From Torpedo marmorata (taxonomy: Eukaryota): DNA of 64,000 nt. Each line of letters begins with the position of its first letter. Position 1 is the stretch's first letter. A model generated the notes under the pieces. That model was given only the letters and a program-made list of their open reading frames with translations. It searched no databases and had not been told where the DNA came from. The stretch spans positions 40,486,001 through 40,550,000 of the forward strand of contig OZ360226.1 of assembly GCA_977017645.1 (NCBI GenBank), read 5' to 3'. The position numbers and the translations under genes were made by a program. Positions 1 to 12,560 of this stretch are shown piece by piece.

Positions 1-570
1 ATTCAAGGGGAGGGGCCTTCGCAGGCTGAGCAGCATTTAATTGGCCAACGCTAATTGCCGTTGAGAAGCTGCCTCTTAAATCACTGCAGTCCTTGACGTG
101 TGGGTATACCTACAATGTTGTCAGGGAGGGAATTCTCGGATTTTAACCCAGCGACAGTGAAGGAATGGTAATATATTTCCAAGTCAGGATGGTGTGCAAC
201 TTCCCAGTGGTGGTGTTCTCATGCTTTTGCTGTCCTAGTCCTTCTAGCTGATAGAGATTGCAGGTTTGCAAGATGCTGTCTAAGGAGTCTGGGTGAGTTG
301 CTGCAGTGCATCGTACAGATGGTACAAACTTATCCTACTGTGCTTCGGTGATGGAGTGAGTGCATAATTGTGGATGTGGGCTGCCATGTATTGTATGGTG
401 TCAAGCTTCGAGAGTATAGTTGAAGTTGCACTTATCCAGGCAAGTGGAGATTATTACATCATACTCCTTTCTTGAGCCTTTGTGGACAGATTCTGAGGAG
501 TCAGGAGGTGAGTTACACACTGCAGGATTCCTAACCTCTGACCCGCTCTTGATGCCACATTTCTTATCTG
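1..570 (-). mobile_element. Degenerate CR1/L2-group LINE 3' fragment
   Basis: Similar to 9140-9480 (shared GGAG..TTC..GGATTT..CCAGC..GAAG..GTAAT..ATTTCCAAG stretch). No intact ORF. Family assigned by recognition only. Confidence 0.5.
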
Positions 571-2544
571 GTTACTTCAGGTCCGTTTCAGGGCCAAGTT
601 TTGGCTGGAATCAAGCTGAGGGGATGTGCAGTGCTTTTAGGTTCTCAGATCATGATGATCCCAATTCACTCCTGGATGAGAGCAAGGATTGGATGACAGT
701 TCCAGCACATTGACTTCTTCATTTCTGATTGGTAAATGATGGCAAGTCCTGCCATCAGGAACAAACCAAATGTATGCTTCCAGCCAACTATCACCCATCC
801 CTTGAACCATCGACTAGCCATTCCCAAGAACCAGCACAATGTGGTGCAATCCTGAATATGTGTTGATCTGAGTAAATACGGGTGGGAAAGAAATACTGGT
901 GCACACATCCCACAAAATGTTAGCATTGTTCTAAATGTTTGGATCTGCTCAATTTAACAGTGTCTGTTTTGGACAATAAAGAAACAAAGACAAAGTACTT
1001 GAATTTTGGAAACTATTTCATAAAAATCATTTTGCTTACTGTTGACTTCTGTTTGGTTTATATAATCCATGTGTGCAGTTTCCCTGATCTCCCATGGTGG
1101 TAAAAGTAAATTTCCTTCTCCAATTTTCTTTTCTCAGAGTTTGCAGTTTGATGAAGCGGTTTTATATTTGTTGATGCAGCATTTGTGAGAACTTGCTCAA
1201 ATTCACTGAACCCAATGATCCACTTGGAAGAACTGATGTAGAAAGCAGACCATACTTCATAATTTATAGAGTGTAATCACTTCAGTGGCATTGTGGAGGG
1301 ACTATCAAATTGAGGAATTTGTTTGAATGAGAGAAGGTGGGGAATGGATGGGTGGAAGGGACAGACAGCTGTGTGTTTGCTGCTTATCATGGGTACCCTT
1401 TCTGATGCACACAACTTTTTGAGATATTCTGAATGGGTAAGGATGAGGAAAACAGCTTTGGCCCTCAAATGACTGGAACTCGGCCAGCTGGAATCTTACT
1501 ATATCTACTGAGATATTGCTCTCCAAGACACTGGGTCATTCTCCAAAGATACTCACATTTTTGCCCACATATTGAAAGTTAGCAACTTCTCCCAGCCAAA
1601 ATGTAACCACATGTGTTACGTTGTATAGCAGCTCAGAGACGGAGAAATGCAGATACAAATGGGATGTATGTGGGTGATTGATTGGTTTGTATGGACCACA
1701 CATGATTCCATTGGTAGGTTTCAGATGGAAAGTTTACTCATAGATACTGTTTATTTTTCCTGTATGTCGATGTGAATGCTATATGTGTCAATGATGAAGA
1801 CCAGCATAGCGATGGTCAATGTGGAAATTGAGTTGCATGAATAATATTGGAGGCAGATGAGATGAGACATGGATGAGGGCTATCTGGGGAGATGAATCTT
1901 CCTTTTCACATCCACCTCTTTCCCACCTCTGCCTCTTTCTCAAGCTCAGCTGCTCGCTCTGTAGATATTACCTCATGTAAGCTGCAACAGACCATCAAGT
2001 TTCTCTGCTGAATACTGCAGGGGTCTTCCAGAGCACAAACCCTTTGTCTGGCTGATAAGTGTCCACACCCTCTACAATTGGGACAAACAGAAGAGGGCAA
2101 GAATTTACCCTGAATTGTTTCTTGAATCCAATTCAATCCAATCTGAAGGATTTTTAGCATTGCATTGCTGGATGGGGTGTGTGGTGTGTGCTGAAAGAAT
2201 ATGCAGATGACATGAGAACGCTTTTAAAATGTAATCCTTAGTTGTATTCATAATGCTATTATTTTAAGTTTATAATTTATTAATAATAGTTCCATAATTT
2301 ATGAATCACCTTTGATAATAAGTGATGTAGTCAATCCCACAGTTTAAATACCCAATAACTAAACATAAAATGCGGTACGGTTCCAGGGGTGGCACAGTTA
2401 GCGTAGTGGTGGCAGAGAAGAAAGCGGAGTTTTAACTAGTAGGCATTCTCAGCCAAGGGACATACAGGGCAAGAAACTCCCCAGCCAGAAAAGTAGCTTG
2501 TGTCTAAAAACTCAAACCTTGTTCTGTATATAACATGGCTTTAA

Positions 2545-3101
2545 GGGCCTCCAATGCTCTACAGCAACCGTACCACACTATGTTGCAGCCAGCCAGGACA
2601 CTCTCGATAGAGCTCCTGTGGAAAGATGACAGGATGGTGGCTGGTAGCCTTGCCTACCTCTGTCTTCACAGGAAGTGCAGTCACTGTTACGCTTCCTGAC
2701 AAGTGAGGAGATGTTGTGCACCCACGATAGGTCACTTGTCAAGCAGACTCCGAGGAACTTGGTGCTCTCTACTCTCTCCATTACCGAGTTACAGTATTAA
2801 TGTGTAGTGGAGGGTGGTCATTCCTGGTCCTCTTGAATTCCAGGATCGTCTCCTTTGACTTGTCCGCATTGAGACTCTGGTTGGTATTCTCGCACCATGT
2901 CACAAGATTTTCCACCTCTTCTCTGTAGTGCGACTCATTGATGAGCCCAGCTACTGTTGTGTCATCTGCAAACTTGATGAGGCCAACTACTGTTGTGTCA
3001 TTAGCAAACTTGATGACTGTGTTGGAGCTGGATCTGGTTTTGCAGTCAAGGGTTAGTAGTGTGAACAGGAGCTGGCTGAGCACAAAGCCTTGAGGTGCTC
3101 C
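2545..3101 (-). mobile_element. Rex1/Babar-clade LINE RT fragment (pseudogenised)
   Basis: Minus-strand ORFs give GAPQGFVLS, KFADDTTV and VESTKFLGV motifs typical of Rex1-type RT. Homologous to 42716-43570 and 50785-51490. Confidence 0.8.
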
Positions 3102-3869
3102 CTCATCATACTTCCTGTGATTCCATTGGAGCAACTGCCGGATTAAGTGAGCAAGAATATAAGGATAATGTGTGATGGAAATAGCTGGTGATTTTCCTGA
3201 TAACCTACAGTGCTCTATCCTTCCAAATTTTAATCACATAGCAGGCAATTTTGCACAACATGCTCCAAGAAGCACAATCATCATTAAGCCATTTGAGTCA
3301 CCGTATCGTAGATATTCCCTTTGTTCTGTTTGTTCTGACTATCCTTCCCCCATCTTATCTCCCTCTGAAAACTATTTTTTTAATCTCTCTCTTGCCGTGT
3401 TCTGACAGAAGAGTTGCACATCCTGAATGTTGACTTCCTCTTTACATAGGTGCTTCTGATCATCTGAGATTTTCCATCATTTTCTGTTTTTATTACTGCA
3501 TAACATTGTTTTAATCATTTGATTTATGGATAAATATTGACCAAGTCATAATGAATGTAATACTTTGGTTCCTTATCAAAAAAATGCCATGAGATATTTT
3601 GCAAACATGGGATATTTTGCAAACACATAAGCGGGTAAATTGAAATTCTCGCATATGTTACCTTCAATGGGGCAAGAGTGTCTCAGTTCTTCACTGGGTG
3701 GGATGGAAGAAAATTGGGGTTGGGTTGACAAATGTTTTGGTGCTGATGTCTCTGGGCTGGGAATGGATTTGTGACTGTGACTCAGAGGCACACAGTACAA
3801 ATTGATTACTGTTAAGTGTCAAGAATCCAAACAAATATGTTTCCCTTCCCTTCTACCAAGCCTATAGGA

Positions 3870-4165
3870 CAGTGGTTTTCAAACTGCCCCCCTAAACTCA
3901 CATTCCACCTTAAGCAATCCCTATGCCATAGGTGCTCTGTGATTAGTAAGGGATTACTTAACGTGGTATGTGAGTGAAAAGAAAAAGTTTGAAAACCACT
4001 GTTTTAATCGTACCTAATTGACTCGTTATGTGCACGGTTTCATAACTCCAAAGGAAATGGGCCAATGACAACTTTTCTCAAGCAAAATATTTCAGTAACA
4101 ATTGGGTCTGGAGCAGTGGTTCTCAACTTTCCCTTCCCACTCACATACCACTTTATGAATCCAAG
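3870..4165. mobile_element. hAT-type MITE (3870-4001) plus a second partial unit starting at 4114
   Basis: Terminal inverted repeats CAGTGGTTTTCAAACT...AGTTTGAAAACCACTG. Same internal sequence as 7069-7200 in the opposite orientation. A third TIR-like CAGTGGTTCTCAACT sits at 4114. Confidence 0.7.
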
Positions 4166-5559
4166 ACCATCCCATAGGAGGTGAGAAAACTGGATCAAAT
4201 CTGAAACTCGTCTCACCTCTGAATCTCATCTTTGTGCTGGACTCCAATTGGCTAATAACCAGCAAGATCACGTACACGGCAAACACATTCTAACAGCAAA
4301 AAAAAATAATTTTCATCTGTTTTCAAGGATGTTCCTTCAACTGTTTGCAACATAATGATTCCAAATTGTCAGATTGTGGATAAAAGGTCCACTCAGGATT
4401 CTCCTGCACAATCCAGGCTCACATTTCATTGCACTTTTGAGCAATTGCAGATGGTTCGTGAGATAGTCTGGATGAAATGATCATCAGAAGCTCCATAACT
4501 CTGCTCTGGACAGGAGAAAAGATCCCATCAGCAATTTAAAAACAATTGCTGTTGGCCTTCCTCGTGTTTTGACTACAATTAATCACTCAGCACATTGATT
4601 AGTTACGCATCTCATTGCTTGAAATGGGATATTGGTGAGTTAAAGTTAACGGCACCATTTCAGATTTCAAAAATAAATCCATTGAGTTGAAGACCACTTA
4701 GGGGTTAATCATTTATATTTTGCCTGGTTAGCTCTTTAGGAATAGGAGGAGGACATTTTGGTTCTTGAACCAATGTTATCCTTGCAGCTGATCTGTATCT
4801 CTGATTCTTGTTTTTGCAATTTCTTATTCACCTGCCTAACAAAAAAAAAGCTTTGTATATTTGAGAAAGACAGATCTGTACCACATGAAGACAGAACTTG
4901 GAGAAGATGCTTTGTAGGCAGGAACACTTGCTGTGAATACAGGTATTAGGAACTTAGAATTGTCTGTTTGTTTTGTCAATCTGGTAATGCATTATTCTCT
5001 CCAGAAAATTTCCTGTCTGATCATAACCTACTTGAAAAAGGTGTAAATCTTGATAGTGTTACTCTCATGAAGTCAAAAATGTCAAAGTCACTTTCTGCTT
5101 TTGATGCTCTCAAGCTTGTAGCTCAGTTTGCTGACAGAACAATCTCATTTTTTAAAAGTTGTTTGTGGTGTACACAGTATCAGTCAGCATTTTTTCTATT
5201 TCTTCTCTGTCTTGCATGTTATTTCTGCAAGTTTGTGCAGAGGGAGAAGGAAATTTGATTGAATCTGTTAATACTTTTTCAATTGTTCACAGATCATTTC
5301 CTGATTGTAAGGGGACAATGTTCAGAGTCTTGCTCATTAAGCATCAATATACAACTGTGCAACTCTCTTTTTAGAGAAAAAATATTGACAAAACCTCACC
5401 AGGCCTCTGCCTCTTTCTGTGCTGAGAAACACAATGTCGACCATTGCATATTCTGACTTATTAGTTCATTATTCATTCATGAGAAGTGGACATTGCTGGC
5501 TTTGCCAGCATTTATTTTTCATGCTTAACTTCCCCAGAGCTGATCAGATCATTAAAGGT

Positions 5560-5892
5560 AACCCACAATTGGGCCATACAGCACAGAAACAGGCCCTTTG
5601 GCCAACCAAGTATGCACAAGACATCAAGCAATCATTTACACTAACCCACACCAACTCTTCTCACATTCGCATCAACTCGTCCCAGATTCTACCACTGACT
5701 GAAATACGAGGGGCAATTTACAGCAGCTAATGAACATACCAACCTGCACATCCTTGCGATATGTGAGGAAACCCATCCGATCACTGGGAGAATGAGCATG
5801 TTGCAGACAGACAGCACCTGAGGTCAGGATTGAACCTGGGTCACTGAAGCTGTGAGGTGGCAGCTTTAGCAGCTGTTGTCACTATGTTGCCC
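5560..5892 (-). mobile_element. V-SINE (HE1-like, tRNA-derived)
   Basis: B-box-like GGTTCAATCC on the minus strand near 5827-5836, a V-domain-like core, and a CR1-type tail (CACAGAAACAGGCCCTTTGGCC on +). Confidence 0.65.
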
Positions 5893-6295
5893 ATTGGTGA
5901 GTATGGATATGTACATTGAGTAGACTCGGTAAGAACAGTAGATTCCTTCTCTGAAGGACATTCGTCTGCTGGGTGGCTTTTTACAGCAAACTGGTAGTTA
6001 CATGATTACCATTCCAGATTGATTCAATTACCTGAATTTGGAACCCCTGCTGATATGACAACCAGAACCACTCCAGCTTGGTACATAGTCCTTCAGGCTT
6101 ATTCACTGATGTACACATTCCAAAAACTAGGGAAACATTATCTACCGTGATACATCAATTGAGAAGATCCAATTACAACTTGTGACATGTATTTGCATCA
6201 CTGCTTATTTTAATTTGGATAGATGCCAAAAATCTGCCACTATTCACAGCTGGCATCATTTTTTGGGTTAAATTTCAAAGGAGCTTGAAAGGGAG

Positions 6296-6480
6296 CACTG
6301 ACGGTTCGCTTAGTTTTCTTTTCTCCTTATTTATATGTTTTGTTTTTTTAGGTTTGTCTTTCCTTTTTTAGTTGGGGGAGGGAGGGGAAATTTAATAATG
6401 ATGTATACAATTGGAAATTGTATGACTATGTTTATACTTTTAATCTTTTTGTGAAAAATAAAAATATATATATTTTTTAA
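6296..6480 (+). mobile_element. 5'-truncated L1 3'UTR insertion
   Basis: 19-bp TSD AAAGGAGCTTGAAAGGGAG at 6277-6295 and 6481-6499. The insert matches the L1 3'UTR at 11621-11777 and ends in AATAAA plus an A-rich tail. Confidence 0.85.
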
Positions 6481-7068
6481 AAAGGAGCTTGAAAGGGAGG
6501 CTGTTTGCATTTGATAAAGTGCCTTTCAACATCTCCCTAATTCAGGTGCTTCATAAATGCAAATGAAATGTTGGTTTGGGGTAAGCAGATGAGAGACCTA
6601 GATCATTAGGGAAAAGGGAATGAAAGTATCCGAATAAACTTTGGGAGAAAACTTGCCTTCTACTCATTAGTCAATTATTTTAATCATTGCAAACCCCACT
6701 GTGGCCTTAGCCCAGCCGACTCCTGTGAACTCCTTCAGACTACAATCCTCTGGGATCACTGTGCTTAGTATCAATACATAATCATCTCTCTCTCTGAAAT
6801 TCCTGTTCTGCATCACTGCCTCACATCATTTCTTTAAAATAGTCTTCAAATATACTGCTTTGACTAAATGTTTGATTCATTGCCCTGATACATGAGATGG
6901 CACCACGTTTTCTTCAGATAGGCTGCCTTTATTTAAGTTCCCATAGAAATAGTTGTTGCAATAAATGATTCAATAAATGGGGGAAATAACATCACAAACA
7001 ACAAGAATTCCTTTGACAAAGCTCGTTGTCATTGAACTCAATGTGGATACATTTTGGAAGCATTAATG

Positions 7069-7200
7069 CAGTGTTTTTCAAACTTTTTCTTTCCACTCAC
7101 ATACCACTTGAAGTAATCCCTTACTAATCACAGAGCACCTATGGCATAGGGATTACTTCAGGTGGTATGTGAGTGGAAAGAAAAAGTTTGAAAACCACTG
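7069..7200. mobile_element. 132-bp foldback hAT MITE
   Basis: Near-perfect ~53-bp inverted arms starting CAGTG(T/G)TTTTCAAACT. 8-bp TSD CATTAATG at 7061-7068 and 7201-7208. Confidence 0.9.
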
Positions 7201-7224
7201 CATTAATGCAAAGCGATCCATGAC

Positions 7225-7990
7225 CATATAATGCATTTATTGAATTCAGGCAAGTCAACCCAATCTTAAGCACAGTAGGAAGTACAATAATAAAACAAAA
7301 ATGCAGGGTGTTGCGTTACAGTAAGTCAAGATTGCAGGGTATGGTGTACAAAGACAACGTGTCGGGTATAGAGAAAAAAACAGTTAAAGCAGTGTAAGTT
7401 CATCATCTTTAACCAATGAGAGGTCCATTTAAGAGTCTGATAACATCAGGAAAGAAAATTCCTTCAATCTGAAGTTTTCAAGCTTGTGTATCTTCTTCAC
7501 ATTGGAAGAGGAATGAAGATAGTATGAACAGGATGGGACAGGTCCTTTAGTGTATTGGCACTTGTTCTGAGACAGCAGAATGTTTAGATGGTGGAGGGGG
7601 GAGTTGGTTTATGTAACCGCCTGAGCTACGTTCACGTATCTCTGCAGTTTCTTGCGGTATTGGGCAGAGCAGTTCCTGTACGATGCATCCACACAGGATA
7701 TTTTCTATGATGCATCGATAAAAATTCTTTAGCAACCTTGATGACATGCCAAATTTCCACAGGCACCTGAGGAAGTATCGTTGTTGGTGCACTTACTTGG
7801 TTTTAGCATTGATGTAGTTGGATCAGGACAAATTGTTGGTGAAGAACTTAAAGCTCTTCACCTTCTCCACCTCTGTGCTGCTGCTATATACACAGATGTG
7901 TGCTCCCATACCCTGCCTCCACCCGCCCTCCCCCACCCCCCACCTTCATTTCTTGATGTCATCACCAGGTCCTTTGTTTGCTGACACTGA
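7225..7990 (-). mobile_element. Rex1/Babar LINE 3' fragment (old)
   Basis: ORF 7547-7792 HQQRYFLRCLWKFGMS..NFYRCIIENIL is the C-terminal motif block of Rex1 ORF2. Confidence 0.75.
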
Positions 7991-8049
7991 GTTAATGCAT
8001 GAGACTAAGAAGAATTTTTATCACATTGCATTCATCACAATTGTCATTT

Positions 8050-8775
8050 AACCTCAGATTTCAGATTTATTGTCAAAGTACATACATGACATCACATACA
8101 ACCCTGAGATTCTTTTTCCTGCAGGCGAGGCAGAATGACCACTTATTGGTAGTGCAAAAAAAACTGTACACAATGTACACATGTAAACAAATAAAGAATT
8201 GTAAACAGATAATGAACGTAAACAAACTGTGCAATACAGAGAGAAAAAAAATCAATAAAGGGCAAAAGTAAGAGTCCCTGATTGAGTTTGTTGTTGAGTA
8301 ATCTGATGGTGGAGGGGTAGTAGCTGCTCCTGAACCTGGTGGTGCAAGTCTTGTGGCACCTATACCTCTTTCCTGATGGCAGCAGCGAGAACAGAGTGTG
8401 TGCTGGGTGGTGTGGATCCTTGATGATTGCTCTCTGACAGCTGCGTTCCCTGTAAATGTTCTCAATAGTGGGGAGGGTTTTGCCTGTGATGTCCTGGGCT
8501 GTGTCCACTAACTTTTAGAGGGCTCCACGCTCAGGGGTATTGGTGTCCCTATACCAGACCGTGATGCAGCTGGTCAGCACACTTTCCACCACACCTCTGT
8601 AGAAATTTGCCAGGGTTTCTGGTGTCATACCAAACTCCGCAAACACCTGAGGAAGTAGAGGCATTGACATGCTTTCTTCACAATTCCATTCGTGTGTGGG
8701 GTCCAGGAAAGATCCTCCGAGATAGTGACTCCCAAGAACTTAAATTTGCTCATCCTCTCCACCTCTGATCCTCGA
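8050..8775 (-). mobile_element. Rex1/Babar LINE 3' fragment
   Basis: KFLGVTISEDLSW, IIKDPHHPAHTLFSLLPSGKRYR and SYYPSTIRLLN motifs. The tail reads AATAAATCTGAAATCTGA on the minus strand. Confidence 0.85.
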
Positions 8776-9139
8776 TGATTGTGACATTCTATTGCATAAT
8801 ACACTTGTGTAAAATTATTTATGATGAAATGATGCAAATCACAACTAATGTTTGCCTTTGTCTCCTCTTGCCCAAGGATTTTCTCCAAGAATTCTGAGCT
8901 CATTCAGTTTGTGCCTTTTGGTGTCCCTGATTTTAATCAGCTCTGTAATGGCAGTGACATCTTCAGCTAAGATCCTAAGCTCTGGAATTCCCTCACTTAA
9001 CCTGTCCATATTTCCACCTCTGTCTCCTTTGACCTCATTCACTTGGGTTTTGATAATGTACTTTAACATCTCTTTTAGTGGTTCAATGAGACATTTTGTT
9101 TGAGAGTGTTTGTGTTAATCATTTTTCAGAAATTTAACA

Positions 9140-9480
9140 GTTTTTATTGTCCATCTCTTGTTGCCCTTGAGAAGATGGTAGTCCTTCTGGTGAAGGTGCT
9201 CCGACTGTGCTGTTGGAGATGGAGTTCCAGGATTTAGATCCAGCATCAATGAAGTAACAGTAATAGATTTCCAAGGTGCAGTTTGGAGGGGAACCTGCTG
9301 GTGTGGTATTCCCATACACCTGCTGCTCCTGTCCTTTAATAGTTGTCATTGTAGCCTAGGCTGCAGATAGTATCCTCAGCTGCTACTGGTGGAGGGAATG
9401 GATAGGAAGGGTGGTGAACAGGCAGCCAATCAAGCAGGTTGCTTTTACTGGATTGTGTTAAGCTTTATTGCAGCTGCACT
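9140..9480 (-). mobile_element. Degenerate CR1/L2-group LINE 3' fragment
   Basis: Similar to 1-570 and to the + strand tail at 28940-29020. Confidence 0.5.
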
Positions 9481-10399
9481 CAACCATGTTCCTTGCATTT
9501 CATTACTTATCTTATGATCACTATGTAAATATTAGGTGTCATTGCAATTCTAAATTAAGTGGAATATTTGCATTTATATCTAGAGAAAAGTAAAATACAA
9601 GATGTGCTAGAAGTAATGTTTTGCTTTAATACTAAAAAACCTAACATGCTGGAAACAATCAGCAAGTCAGACAGAAAAAGAGACAGGGTTCATGTTTCAG
9701 GTAAGTAACCATCATTTTTATTTTGTTGGTGTGATCACTTTAATTCCATAATATGTTCTCCTTGAAGAAGTTCTGCTCTTAATGTGGATTTTATTTGGCA
9801 AGTTTAGGTAATTACTTTCTGCTTTCATCAGAACATAAAAATATTTGAAAGGTTCAATTTCTCTCTCTCTCTCTACTTTGTGTACATTTGATGCTTCATT
9901 TTGTATTGTTAGATAGTTATAGTTATTACAGTCGTGTATCAACTGTATCAGCTATAAGGAATTGCTCTTCAGTATCCACTAAGTTTATATAAAATAATAT
10001 TTTGTGAATAAAAGTGGTTATCAAAGAAATGGGACTGTTGATGGCATTCTACTGCATAATTATTAAAATGTACAGAAAATTACCATCAACTGGATTCAAT
10101 TGAACAACACTGCAAAGGGACATGGCAAGGTGTAAAGATTGTATTTTCACCTTTTTATATCCAAGGCAAATAATCTAGTCCATGCTCTGTCACAGCAACA
10201 GGTTACCAAATGGAGAGAGGGAGAGGTCCAAAGGTTTTCTCAAAACCTCCTTGAAAATATGCAACATTCATGGGAATCTAAGGTCTGTAAATATTCAAAA
10301 TGGTGAAGGAGCATTTGGGATGATGTTGAGAAAATTGGTCCATTTATCAGGACCCCATAGAGGAGGCCCATTGTAAACAAGTGCCCAGCCTGAGAAACA

Positions 10400-10495
10400 A
10401 GAAAAGAAAGAGAAAGAAGGAGGAAGGGGAACAAAAGGAGGAAAAGGAAGAGAATGGGAGAAAGAGGATGAAGAGGAACAGGAAGAGCAAGAAGT
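10400..10495. repeat. Purine-rich (GA) low-complexity tract
   Basis: About 95 bp made almost entirely of A and G. Confidence 0.8.
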
Positions 10496-10616
10496 TATCT
10501 GTTTGCTTTGCAGTCAAGGTAGAAAGACTGTGGGTACAAATTTTTATTCAGTAGTTTGAACACAAAAATCTAGCTTCAGGCCAATTGCAGTTCTTAAGGA
10601 GAAACGTGGTCAGTTG

Positions 10617-11777
10617 GAATATCCCCCAAAACACCTCTGTTTCAAAATGAACTTATGCCCATGAATTTGGGTAATAAAATATTGAACGTTTGATATCAGA
10701 AGGGGATTCGGAATATTGAAGATTGTTATGATAATGGACAGCTTATGTCCTTTGAACAACTTAAAGATAAATATGATTTGTCTAATGGAACCTTTCACTG
10801 TTTTCTCCAATTAAGATCCTTCCAGCGAGAAAGGTGGGGTCCTACAATGACTCCACCTACAAGCTATGAGGTAGAACAGTTACTTCAACTGGGAAATGCA
10901 CCCAAATTTATATCCAGAATGTACTTTGTGCTCCAAGGCGAAAGCCCTAAGCCAGGTATACATAGATCGAGGGAGAGGTGGGAGACGAACCTGGGTACGA
11001 CAATTCAGGAGCGTTGCTGGTCAGACTGGTGTCTGAATAGTATGACGACGGTTATTAATGCTAGATACAGGTTGGTCCAGTATAATTTCTTGCACCAACT
11101 ATATCTCACACCACAAAAGTTACACAAATCAAAATCCGAAATATCGGAAATGTGTTTCTGATGTGGTGGAGAAATTGGAACTTTCCTGTACTCCACTTGG
11201 TCCTGTGCAAAGGTAAGACCCTTTTGGCATGATATATCTAATACGCTAACCAGAATTACGGGAGTAGCCATTCCACTGGACCCGGAGTTGTATCTACATA
11301 AGCTACAAATTATCTAAATTCCAAATTCAATTTGTTTGTGCTAGTTGCTTTGTCCGTAGCAAAAAATGCATAGCAGTCACTTGGAAGTCCGACTCCCCCC
11401 TTCTTATCACTCAATGGTCAGCAGAAATGCGCAGCTGTATTCCTATGGAGAAAATCACATATAATCTTAGGAATAAATATGATACATTTGTTAAGGTGTG
11501 GCAACCATACCTAGAGTATATTGGTGTCCAGTTATAATTTAAACCCTAAAGTACAGTACAACGTAATGTATAAATATTTAATGGTGTGACGTCTCCAAGA
11601 AGGTTGAAAAATCAATGTAAGCACTGACGGTACGTTTAGATTATTTTTACTTCTTTGTTTTTTTCTTTTCAGTTGGAGGGAGGGAGAGTTTAATAATAAT
11701 GCTGTGTATAATTGGAAATTGTACATTTTTTATTTATATTGTGAACTTTTCTTGAAAATGAAAAATAAAATATAAAA
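10617..11777 (+). mobile_element. 5'-truncated L1-clade LINE (ORF2 C-terminus plus 3'UTR)
   Basis: RYRLVQYNFLHQLYLTP motif and a CxxC..C zinc-knuckle region, poly(A) signal and tail. 22-bp TSD with 2 mismatches (TAAGGAGAAACGTGGTCAGTTG 10595-10616; TAAGGAAAAATGTGGTCAGTTG 11778-11799). Confidence 0.9.
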
Positions 11778-11799
11778 TAAGGAAAAATGTGGTCAGTTG

Positions 11800-12050
11800 T
11801 GCAGCATTCCAAATATGATTGTTAACTCTTTCAAATCCAGTGGCATAATGTGGGGATAAAAATAGCAGAGAAGTTGCTCCCATCATTGAGGTCAATTTTG
11901 CTCCTCAATCAGCATTACTGAAACTTATTACTTAATCATTATCATATTATTATTTTTGGAAGCTTACTAAATAAAAAATAGACTGCTGCATGACTAAAAT
12001 TCAGAAGTACTCACAGAGTACTTGAGATTTTGCGAAAGGCCCCAATTCTG
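11800..12050 (+). mobile_element. Degenerate Deu-domain SINE remnant
   Basis: CCTCAATCAGCATTACTGAAAC..TCATTATCATATT..GGAAGCTT resembles the Deu core. Similar to 59300-59645. Confidence 0.45.
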
Positions 12051-12209
12051 TAAGAACATTAGATACAGAAATGGGATTAGGCCATTTAGCCCCTCAAGCA
12101 TACTCTGCTGTTCAATGATCTAATTGAATTTGATCTTTGGCCTCATCTGCACTTTTCTGCTTGCTCTCCATAACCCATAACTCCCCATAACCCTTGGCTC
12201 ACCTATGTT

Positions 12210-12560
12210 TGAAACTGAGTTGTTTATTGTCACGTGTACTGAGATACAGTGAAAAGCTTTCTTTTGCATGCTATCCAGGCAAGCTGACCTTATATACAGC
12301 AGGTGGTGCAACAATAAAACAAAAGTGCAGGGTTTAGTCTTACCAAGTGCAGGAGATAGAGTAAAATACAGTTAAAGCAGTGCAATCCCGGAGGTCCATT
12401 TAAGAGTCTGATGACAGCAGGAAATAAACTATCCTTGAATGTGGAGGTTTGTGTTTTCAAGCTCCTGTGTCTTCTGTCTGATAAAACAGGGAAGAGTGTG
12501 TCCAGTGTGGGATGGGTCATTTAACATGTTGGCAGCTTTTCTGAGATGGTGGGAGGGCAA
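12210..12560 (-). mobile_element. Rex1/Babar LINE 3' end, within a CR1-like remnant (12055-12770)
   Basis: FKDSLFPAVIRLLN motif and a GACAATAAAC tail on the minus strand. Confidence 0.65.
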
